From Bacteroidia bacterium (GTDB lineage: Bacteria > Bacteroidota > Bacteroidia > M30B66), in contig OZ257142.1 of the NCBI GenBank assembly GCA_965279035.1, positions 640,001-704,000 on the forward strand: a stretch of DNA of 64,000 nucleotides, given 5' to 3'. Of this stretch, positions 56,155-64,000 are shown one piece after another. The position numbers were made by a program, and so were the translations under genes. Every line of letters begins with the position of its first letter. Positions within the stretch are counted from its first letter, which is position 1. Below the pieces are notes generated by a model, which was given only the letters and a program-made list of their open reading frames with translations, ran no database searches and was not told the origin of the DNA.

Positions 56155-59109
56155 ATGAAGGATACTCAACTGATTTTCAGCTTTTATCGTCACCCTTCTT
56201 TTGGACTAAGTCTCGATGCTTATCTAGTTAGTTTGCTAGAGAATAAAACGTTCTCGTATAATTATCAGCGCTTGGTTTTCGAACGAATGAACGATTATCC
56301 TTATCCATACAGCGATGAGGAGAAGAAAGTGTTGCGTAAAATCAGTGAACTAAGTCCGAAATCGATCGAGCAACAATTCAATAAAAAACAAATCCGTAGC
56401 AACCTCTTTCTCGAAAAATTAGCGAGCGATAAAGAGCAAATGAAAATGCTTACGGCCTATTTCGATAGACGTTTATCTGCCTGTCTCGACTTACTCAAAG
56501 GACAAAAAGTATATTGGAAAGAACGCGTATCGGATCATCCGGGAATGCAGGCGTTTCATATTGAAAAAGAAGCAGCAACAGTTACTTACTTTTTCGAGAG
56601 ACAAACAGATGGGATTCAATATCGGCTTCTCGTTGAACATGCTGGGAAAGCCTTGGATATTAAAAAAGCAGGCACTGAAATTTTAAGTCAGAATCCCTGT
56701 TGGCTTTTGCACAATGGATCGATTTATCATTTTGCCGATGGAACCGATGGGAATAAACTCAGTCCTTTTTTGAAACAACAAGAGTTGCAAATTCCGGATA
56801 AGCTCGCAGATAAATTTCTGGAGTCGTTCATGCTTAAAGCTTCGCGGAAATTCAATGTGCAATATTCGGGATTTAATGTTTCCACCGAGCCCAATTACCG
56901 ATCTGCTACAATTAGTATTGAAAATTCATTCGAGAAAACACCGGTTCTTCAACTCAATTTCCGTTACGATAAATTTCAGGTAACTGCAGCACAAGAGCAA
57001 GATATCTTGGTTTCGCTTCAGCGCGAAGAACAAGGAATGCGTTTGATGCGATTTTCACGGGATCGAGAATACGAAAAAACCCACACCGAATTTTTGGAGA
57101 CCTTTGGTTTGAAGCGAATAAAGCCTTCGTGGTATTTGCCCAATCAGTTAGAAACAAAAAATTGGACTTCCGACAAATTATTAGAATGGCTTAGCACACA
57201 TAATGAAATGCTCAAACAACATGGGATTGAAACCGAAGTTGTGTGGGAAGGAAAACGCTTTGCTATTGAAATTCCACGAATCGAAACACGCGAAGTAAAA
57301 GAAGGTACCGATTGGTTTGATGTTTTGGCAATTGTGATTTTGGGTGATCTCGAAATTCCTTTTATCAAATTCAGAAAAAACATTCTTGAAAAAGACCGTC
57401 ACTTTAAATTACCTGACGGTAGAATACTATTGCTTCCCGAAACTTGGTTTGTACAATACGCCGATTTATTTGAGTTTGGCGAAACCGATGAGCTAAAGCT
57501 CCGATTGCATAAGCAACATGAAGGTTTGTTAAACAATCATCCGCTTTTAAATGGTGATTTAAATGCTCGTTTGAGTGAAGCCGGAAAATCAATTTACACC
57601 GAACTTTCTCATACCGAATTTCAGGTTTCCCAAAGGCTACAAGCTACGTTGCGCGATTACCAGAAAAAGGGTTTCGACTGGCTTTGTCGTTTGTCTATAA
57701 AAGGCTTGGGAGCTTGCCTGGCAGATGACATGGGATTAGGGAAAACCCTGCAAGTAATTTCGGTTATCCTCTGGTCAAAGGAAAGGGAAGTTCCTCGTTT
57801 AGAGTCTCCTGCCCCACAAATACAACTCGATTTATTTGGTTTAAGTGGAGAGATTCCACGTGCGGAATGGAAAACTCCCTCTCTTATTGTGATGGCTCCT
57901 TCCTTAGTATATAACTGGGAAAATGAGTTGAGGAAATTTGCTCCAAGCTTGAAAATTCACAAACATCTTGGTCAGCGTAGAACTACCGATCCTCAACATT
58001 TCGGACGATACGATGTGATTTTAACAACCTATGGAATTGTTCGGAACGATGTTGATCTGTTGAAACAAACTCGATTCGATCACATTGTATTGGATGAAAG
58101 CCAACTAATAAAAAATGCCCGATCAGTAAGCTTTCAAACAGTAAAACAATTGAATGCAAGTCAACGCATTGTGTTAACTGGAACACCGGTAGAAAATTCA
58201 CTCAGCGATTTATGGTCTCAACTAACATTCTTACAGCCGGGTTTGTTGGGTAGTTTTAAATATTTCAGACAGGAATTTGTTGTTCCTATTGAACAGCAGC
58301 AAGATGTTTTGAAATTAGAAAAACTACGGAAAATCATTCATCCCTTTATATTGCGTCGAACCAAAGAAGAAGTTGCTCCCGAATTACCTGAGCTAACTCG
58401 TTCGGTGCATTATTGTGAAATGTCGCCAGAACAAAAGGACTATTACGAAGAACAGAAATCAGTTTATCGTAATAAGATTCTCGAAAATATCTCACGTGAG
58501 GGAATGGAAAAGAGTCAATTATTGATTCTTCGCGGTTTAACACATCTCCGTCAAATTGCCATTCACCCTTCCTTGATTGATTCTGAATATACGGGTGAAT
58601 CAGCTAAAATGGATCAAGTGCTTGAACTACTTTCTCAACTTCGAGAAAGTGGGAGAAAGGTGTTGATGTTCTCGCCTTTTGTTCGGCACTTGAATATCTA
58701 CCGAAAGTATTTCCAAGAGCAAAAGCTACCGTTTTCGTTTTTAGCCGGAGAAGTTCCTATGCAACAACGCGCTGGTGTTATTCAAGAGTTTGATCAACAT
58801 ACAGGACATCGCGTTTTCTTAATCCAACTGAAAACAGGTGGTTCAGGTTTGAATCTGACCAAAGCCGATAACGTATTTTTACTCGATCCTTGGTGGAATC
58901 CGGCAGCTGAAGATCAAGCTATTGCTCGCTCGCATCGTATTGGACAACATCAACCCGTTTTTGCTTGGCGATTTATTACTAAAGATACGATTGAAGAAAA
59001 AATTCTTCATTTACAGGAGCGCAAAACTCGGCTTGCTTCTGATATACTCGAAGGAACACCTTCGTTTAAGACCTTAACTGAAGAAGAATTGGCTGATCTT
59101 TTTGGCTAG
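56155..59109 (+). CDS. SNF2-family DEAD/DEAH-like ATPase
   Basis: LRDYQ, LADDMGLGKT, LDESQ.IKN, LTGTPVEN, LRRTK, GLNLT and DPWWNPA.EDQA..R.HRIGQ motifs. Confidence 0.93.
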   Translation: MKDTQLIFSFYRHPSFGLSLDAYLVSLLENKTFSYNYQRLVFERMNDYPYPYSDEEKKVLRKISELSPKSIEQQFNKKQIRSNLFLEKLASDKEQMKMLTAYFDRRLSACLDLLKGQKVYWKERVSDHPGMQAFHIEKEAATVTYFFERQTDGIQYRLLVEHAGKALDIKKAGTEILSQNPCWLLHNGSIYHFADGTDGNKLSPFLKQQELQIPDKLADKFLESFMLKASRKFNVQYSGFNVSTEPNYRSATISIENSFEKTPVLQLNFRYDKFQVTAAQEQDILVSLQREEQGMRLMRFSRDREYEKTHTEFLETFGLKRIKPSWYLPNQLETKNWTSDKLLEWLSTHNEMLKQHGIETEVVWEGKRFAIEIPRIETREVKEGTDWFDVLAIVILGDLEIPFIKFRKNILEKDRHFKLPDGRILLLPETWFVQYADLFEFGETDELKLRLHKQHEGLLNNHPLLNGDLNARLSEAGKSIYTELSHTEFQVSQRLQATLRDYQKKGFDWLCRLSIKGLGACLADDMGLGKTLQVISVILWSKEREVPRLESPAPQIQLDLFGLSGEIPRAEWKTPSLIVMAPSLVYNWENELRKFAPSLKIHKHLGQRRTTDPQHFGRYDVILTTYGIVRNDVDLLKQTRFDHIVLDESQLIKNARSVSFQTVKQLNASQRIVLTGTPVENSLSDLWSQLTFLQPGLLGSFKYFRQEFVVPIEQQQDVLKLEKLRKIIHPFILRRTKEEVAPELPELTRSVHYCEMSPEQKDYYEEQKSVYRNKILENISREGMEKSQLLILRGLTHLRQIAIHPSLIDSEYTGESAKMDQVLELLSQLRESGRKVLMFSPFVRHLNIYRKYFQEQKLPFSFLAGEVPMQQRAGVIQEFDQHTGHRVFLIQLKTGGSGLNLTKADNVFLLDPWWNPAAEDQAIARSHRIGQHQPVFAWRFITKDTIEEKILHLQERKTRLASDILEGTPSFKTLTEEELADLFG

Positions 59110-59260
59110 TTGAAAAATTCAACAAAAACTGGAATTTGGGTTTGACAAATCTGATTATGCCTTAGTTTAGCAAAATGCAATCAAATTAAAATCTGCTTAA
59201 ACAGATAAAATATTGGATGCAAAAGGACTGTACCCGCCTTCCTATAAGCCCGACCCGTCA

Positions 59261-60820
59261 ATGCCACATCAATTACCTTTTAAAGAAAAACTAAAGAAAG
59301 ATCTTCCTTCATCCGTCATGGTATTTCTGGTAGCACTGCCCTTATGTTTGGGTATTGCTCTAGCTAGTGGTGCACCTGCATTTTCGGGCATTTTAGCAGG
59401 AATTATTGGAGGAATTGTTATTGGTTCAATAAGCGGTGCTCAACTTAGTGTAAGTGGACCAGCAGCTGGATTAACTGTTATTGTGGTTGATTCAATCCGT
59501 CAATTGGGATCATTTGATGCTTTCTTGTTAGCCGTTTGCATTTCAGGAGTTTTGCAAATTGTATTAGGCATCTTGAAAGCCGGAGTAATGGCTAATTTCT
59601 TTCCCTCGTCGGTAATCAAAGGAATGTTAGCTTCCATAGGATTGGTACTCATCCTCAAGCAATTGCCGAAAGCACTTGGGTATGATTTTGATTTCGAAGG
59701 TGATGAAAGTTTCGAAGAAGCAGGTGGACACAACACGTTTACCGATATCTATTATGCGTTTTTGAATTTGAGGCCGGGCGCTGTTATTATTAGCATTTGT
59801 TCATTGATTATTATGCTTGCATGGGATTCACTCGTAACGAAACTGGGTGGATTCTTTCGATTTATTCCAGGAGCTTTAATGGCAGTATTAATGGGAATTC
59901 TCATTAATGAAGCATTTGGACTTTGGTCGCCTGAATTATTTCTTGAAGCTAGTCACCGAGTAGATTTACCAACTGGAATTTTGCATTCGGGAATTACTGA
60001 TTTGATCGTTTTTCCCGATTTCACTGCTTGGAATAATCCGAAAATCTATACCGTAGCAATAACATTAGCCATCGTGGCAAGTATTGAGAGTTTATTGAGC
60101 ATCGAAGCCGGTGATCAAATTGATCCACATCATCGCATTACTCCGCTCAACCGAGAACTCATTGCACAAGGAATTGGAAATATCTGTTCAGGTTTTATTG
60201 GTGGATTACCTGTAACGGCAGTCATTGTAAGAACTTCAGCAAACGTTCTTGCTGGAGCAATTTCCAAATTCTCCACCATCTTTCATGGAACTTTGCTCGT
60301 ACTAAGTATTGTCATATTCCCTCGCTTTCTCAATACGATTCCACTTTCATCATTAGCTGCTATACTATTGATTGTTGGTTTCAAACTAACCAAACCAAGT
60401 CTATTTGTTCAAATTTACAAGAAAGGTCTTACCCAATTCATTCCGTTTGTTATCACCATTTTAGCTATTCTCTTCACCAATTTGCTCATAGGAATTGGGA
60501 TTGGATTAGCAAGCGGACTTTTCTTCGTGCTACGTTCTAACTTCCGTCGTTCGATAAGTGTAACGATTGATAAAAATAATGTTCTCATCCGGCTTCGCCA
60601 CAATGTTTCATTCCTCAATAAAACTCTCTTGCGTGAAGCATTAATGAATGTGAAAGATGGTAGCAGCATTTTAATTGACGGAACAAGTGCCGTGTTTATT
60701 GATCAAGATATTATCGAAACGATTGAAACTTTTGCCGATGCTTCGAAAGAGAAAAAGATTACCGTCGAAATAAAACGCACAAAAACTAGCCAAAACGATT
60801 ATTTCAGACTTAACGATTGA
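59261..60820 (+). CDS. SulP family inorganic anion (probably bicarbonate) transporter
   Basis: [39 protein letters not shown] and GGLP.T.VIVR motifs; short STAS-like tail; next to carbonic anhydrase. Confidence 0.92.
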   Translation: MPHQLPFKEKLKKDLPSSVMVFLVALPLCLGIALASGAPAFSGILAGIIGGIVIGSISGAQLSVSGPAAGLTVIVVDSIRQLGSFDAFLLAVCISGVLQIVLGILKAGVMANFFPSSVIKGMLASIGLVLILKQLPKALGYDFDFEGDESFEEAGGHNTFTDIYYAFLNLRPGAVIISICSLIIMLAWDSLVTKLGGFFRFIPGALMAVLMGILINEAFGLWSPELFLEASHRVDLPTGILHSGITDLIVFPDFTAWNNPKIYTVAITLAIVASIESLLSIEAGDQIDPHHRITPLNRELIAQGIGNICSGFIGGLPVTAVIVRTSANVLAGAISKFSTIFHGTLLVLSIVIFPRFLNTIPLSSLAAILLIVGFKLTKPSLFVQIYKKGLTQFIPFVITILAILFTNLLIGIGIGLASGLFFVLRSNFRRSISVTIDKNNVLIRLRHNVSFLNKTLLREALMNVKDGSSILIDGTSAVFIDQDIIETIETFADASKEKKITVEIKRTKTSQNDYFRLND

Positions 60821-60822
60821 GC

Positions 60823-61467
60823 ATGAAACCCATAGAAAAACTTCTTCTTGAAAATAAAGCCTGGGCCGCCGAAAAACTCGAAACCGACCCGAATTATTTC
60901 CTTAGACAGTCGAAGGATCAATCTCCCGAATTTTTCTGGATAGGTTGTTCCGACAGCCGTGTTCCAGCAAACGAGGTAACAAACACCGAACCCGGAGAGC
61001 TCTTTGTTCACCGGAACGTGGCTAATTTGGTAGTGAACACCGATTTGAATTTATTGAGCGTGCTTCAATATGCGGTGGAAGTGCTGAAAGTGAATCACAT
61101 CATCGTATGTGGCCATTATGGTTGTGGAGGAGTGAAAGCCGCAATGACTCAGAAATCGTATGGACTAATCAACAAATGGTTGAGAAATATCAAAGATGTG
61201 TATCGTTTTCATCGGATAGAAATTGATGGCATTGGCGATCCAGTAAAACGGGTTGATCGTTTGGTTGAGTTAAATGTGAACGAACAGATTCACAACTTGG
61301 CTAAAACTTCCATTGTTCAAAAAGCGTGGTCAACGCGGCAAGGACCGATGTTACATGGATGGGTTTATGGTCTGGAGGATGGAATTTTACATGAAATCAT
61401 CAATCTAGATCATACGTACAATGTAGATCCTATTTATCGCTTCGAGCCAGATGAATTGAAAGACTGA
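60823..61467 (+). CDS. can: Beta-class carbonic anhydrase
   Basis: [22 protein letters not shown] and CGHYGCGG motifs. Confidence 0.96.
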   Translation: MKPIEKLLLENKAWAAEKLETDPNYFLRQSKDQSPEFFWIGCSDSRVPANEVTNTEPGELFVHRNVANLVVNTDLNLLSVLQYAVEVLKVNHIIVCGHYGCGGVKAAMTQKSYGLINKWLRNIKDVYRFHRIEIDGIGDPVKRVDRLVELNVNEQIHNLAKTSIVQKAWSTRQGPMLHGWVYGLEDGILHEIINLDHTYNVDPIYRFEPDELKD

Positions 61468-61513
61468 ATGAGCGCCCCAATTGTTAACTTAGCGCCCTAT
61501 AATAAACGCATGC

Positions 61514-62254
61514 ATGTCAGGACACAGTAGATGGGCGAACATCAAGCACCGGAAAGGCATTAAGGATAAACGCCGGAGCAAATTATTTACGCGTCTCCTT
61601 AAAGAACTCATGATGGCTTCTCGCATGGGAGGACCTGATCCGGATGCAAATCCGCGACTGCGTTTGGCTATTCAGAATGCAAAAGGAGCCAATATTCCTA
61701 AGGACACCATCACGCGTAACGTAGAAAAAGGAGCTGGTATTGGAGCCGAAACATTTGTAGAGCCAACTTACGAAGGCTACGCCCCATCGGGTATTGCCGT
61801 GTTTGTTGAATGTGCAACCGATAATTTAAATCGTACAGTACAAGATGTACGTATGGTGTTTAACAAATACGGTGGAAACTTAGGTACTAATGGTTCTTTG
61901 AGCTTTGTGTTTGATCGTTTGGGCGTATTTGAAATTCCTCAAGGAAACCTCGATGAGGATGAATTTACCATGGAAATGATTGATGCCAATGCTAGCGAAA
62001 TTGTTCTTGAAGATGGAGTTTTTACCGTGTATGTTCCATTTGAATCGTTTGGAGAAATGCAACGCAAGCTAGAAAGTCTGGGCATTGAAGCCGAAAGTGC
62101 TGGATTACAACAAATTCCAAAAGAACGCACAACGCTCGATTTAGAAGCATCCAAAAAAGTAATGAAACTGATCGAAATGCTCGAAGATTTGGACGATGTT
62201 CAGCAAGTGTATCACAACCTAGAGCTTACCGAAGAGCTCGCCAACGAACTTTAG
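61514..62254 (+). CDS. yebC: YebC/PmpR family protein
   Basis: [30 protein letters not shown] and DDVQQVYHN motifs. Confidence 0.96.
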   Translation: MSGHSRWANIKHRKGIKDKRRSKLFTRLLKELMMASRMGGPDPDANPRLRLAIQNAKGANIPKDTITRNVEKGAGIGAETFVEPTYEGYAPSGIAVFVECATDNLNRTVQDVRMVFNKYGGNLGTNGSLSFVFDRLGVFEIPQGNLDEDEFTMEMIDANASEIVLEDGVFTVYVPFESFGEMQRKLESLGIEAESAGLQQIPKERTTLDLEASKKVMKLIEMLEDLDDVQQVYHNLELTEELANEL

Positions 62255-62256
62255 AT

Positions 62257-63831
62257 ATGAATCCGATTACCGATAAAACCACGAACAGCATGCAGGATAA
62301 AATTCAGCGCCTCGAAGACATGAAGTCGGAAGCCCTTTTGGGTGGTGGAGCAAAACGCATCGAATCGCAACATAAAAAAGGCAAACTCACTGCCCGCGAA
62401 CGTATTGCTTTATTGTTGGATGAAGGATCGTTTGAAGAAATTGGACAATTGGTGACACACCGCAGCAGCAATTTCGGTTTAGATAAACAGAAGTTTTATG
62501 GTGATGGTGTAGTGACTGGTTTTGGAACTGTTCATGGCAGAACGGTCTATGTTTTTGCACAAGATTTCACAGTTTTCGGAGGATCTTTAGCAGAAGCTCA
62601 CGCCACAAAAATTTGTCGAATCATGGATCTTGCTATGCAAAATGGCGCACCCGTGATTGGCTTGAACGATTCGGGTGGTGCTCGTATTCAGGAAGGTGTA
62701 GTTTCTCTAGGTGGATATGCAGATATCTTTTACCGCAACACACTTGCTTCAGGTGTAATTCCTCAGATTTCTGCGATCATGGGACCATGTGCTGGTGGAG
62801 CCGTTTATTCACCTGCCATCACCGATTTCATTCTTATGGTGGAAGATTCTTCCTACATGTTTGTGACTGGACCAAACGTAGTAAAAACCGTTACTCACGA
62901 AGAAGTAAGCTCCGAAGAATTAGGTGGCGCCTCGGCACACAGTGTAAAATCGGGAGTAACGCATTTCTCGTGTACCAACGGTGTTTCGTGCATTGAGGAC
63001 ATAAAGAAACTGTTGAGTTATGTTCCCTCGAATTGCGAAGAAGAAGCACCATGTTTACCCTACACAGCAGGGAATGAAAAACGTCCAGTTCTCAACACCA
63101 TCATCCCCGAAAACCCAAATCAACCGTACGATATCCGAGAGGTGATTGATCAGGTTATCGATAACGATACTTTCTTTGAAGTACATAAGAACTTTGCTGA
63201 AAATATTGTGGTAGGTTTTGCCCGATTAGGCGGACGAAGCATTGGTATTGTTGCAAACCAACCAGCCTATTTGGCGGGAGTGCTTGATATAAAATCATCA
63301 CAAAAAGCAGCTCGCTTTGTTCGTTTCTGCGATTGCTTTAATATTCCTTTGTTGGTGTTTGAAGATGTTCCGGGATTCCTTCCAGGAACCGATCAAGAGT
63401 GGAATGGCATCATTACCAATGGAGCTAAATTGCTTTATGCTTTCTGCGAAGCAACCGTTCCGCGTGTGACTGTAATTACCCGCAAAGCATACGGTGGAGC
63501 GTACGATGTGATGAATTCTAAGCACATTGGTGCCGACATGAATTATGCTTGGCCAAGTGCCGAAATTGCGGTGATGGGTGCTAAAGGAGCAGCAGAAATT
63601 ATCTTTAAGAAAGAAATCGAAGAAGCACCAATTCCTGCGGAGAAATTGCTCGAAAAAGAACGCGAATATGCAGAGCATTTTGCCAATCCATACAGCGCTG
63701 CTGAACGCGGTTATGTAGATGAAGTAATTCACCCAGAACAAACGCGCGAAAAGCTGATTCGCGCGTTTAAAATGCTCGAAAATAAAGTAGCGAAACTACC
63801 ACGCAAGAAACACGGGAATATTCCGTTATAA
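62257..63831 (+). CDS. pccB: Acyl-CoA (propionyl-CoA) carboxylase carboxyltransferase beta subunit
   Basis: [48 protein letters not shown] and KKHGNIPL motifs. Confidence 0.93.
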   Translation: MNPITDKTTNSMQDKIQRLEDMKSEALLGGGAKRIESQHKKGKLTARERIALLLDEGSFEEIGQLVTHRSSNFGLDKQKFYGDGVVTGFGTVHGRTVYVFAQDFTVFGGSLAEAHATKICRIMDLAMQNGAPVIGLNDSGGARIQEGVVSLGGYADIFYRNTLASGVIPQISAIMGPCAGGAVYSPAITDFILMVEDSSYMFVTGPNVVKTVTHEEVSSEELGGASAHSVKSGVTHFSCTNGVSCIEDIKKLLSYVPSNCEEEAPCLPYTAGNEKRPVLNTIIPENPNQPYDIREVIDQVIDNDTFFEVHKNFAENIVVGFARLGGRSIGIVANQPAYLAGVLDIKSSQKAARFVRFCDCFNIPLLVFEDVPGFLPGTDQEWNGIITNGAKLLYAFCEATVPRVTVITRKAYGGAYDVMNSKHIGADMNYAWPSAEIAVMGAKGAAEIIFKKEIEEAPIPAEKLLEKEREYAEHFANPYSAAERGYVDEVIHPEQTREKLIRAFKMLENKVAKLPRKKHGNIPL

Positions 63832-63838
63832 CTTTACA

Positions 63839-64000
63839 GTGATTATTGAACAAAATCCCCCTTTACACAAAGTTCGCTACCTCCTTGCGGGCTTTGTGTT
63901 TTTTATGTCCTTCTTGAGCCTGAATGCACAGGTAAAAGTGTCGGGAACGGTGTATGACAAAGAAAGTGGCCGACCATTGCCTTATGCCTTTGTCATTATT
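63839..64000 (+). CDS. Partial gene with a carboxypeptidase-regulatory-like N-terminal domain (runs off the window)
   Basis: Manual translation: ...RYLLAGFVFFMSFLSLNAQVKVSGTVYDKESGRPLPYAFVII. Exact start uncertain. Confidence 0.7.
   Translation, partial: MIIEQNPPLHKVRYLLAGFVFFMSFLSLNAQVKVSGTVYDKESGRPLPYAFVII

Noticed and set aside
56155-59109. SNF2 ATPase as part of an anti-phage system (DISARM/BREX/Zorya-like)
   Set aside because: No neighbouring methylase, nuclease or other defence gene; it sits in a housekeeping context.
872-63741. Many 60-150 aa ORFs in the track that overlap larger genes on the opposite strand or in another frame (e.g. 39221-39607, 62613-62996, 63298-63741)
   Set aside because: They lie within well-supported genes and show no recognisable motifs; treated as shadow ORFs.

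Overview
This is a gene-dense chromosomal window from a member of the Bacteroidota. Two lines of evidence support that: repeated TAnnTTTG (-7) promoter elements, and five proteins with type IX secretion (T9SS) C-terminal sorting domains. Most of it is housekeeping or metabolic: ppk2 (partial), comM, gmhA, hemA and a hemC-hemD fusion, iscA-sufB, rpoN, asnS, hppD-hmgA, nadB, a crtD-cruF-crtZ-crtY(cd) carotenoid tailoring operon, metF, rlmN, an SNF2 ATPase, sulP-can, yebC and pccB. It also has an ECF sigma/anti-sigma/fasciclin trio and large surface proteins. No rRNA, tRNA, CRISPR array, integrase or transposase was seen. The most notable structure is a ~1.4 kb cassette with no integrase, carrying the 'mobile mystery protein A/B' (HTH + Fic) pair. 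It is bracketed by an intact and a frameshifted copy of the last 57 bp of sufB, which looks like an attL/attR scar of integration into the sufB 3' end, and a perfect 12-bp palindrome covers its promoter. Also of interest are a ~110-nt three-hairpin sRNA/attenuator candidate with its own promoter and terminator between two T9SS genes, a Flavo-1-like structured element, Fur-like boxes before iscA-sufB and hemA, apparent leaderless genes, and an Omp85 barrel fused to a catalytically dead peptidase-like domain. All calls come from reading the sequence by eye; no database searches or folding programs were run.
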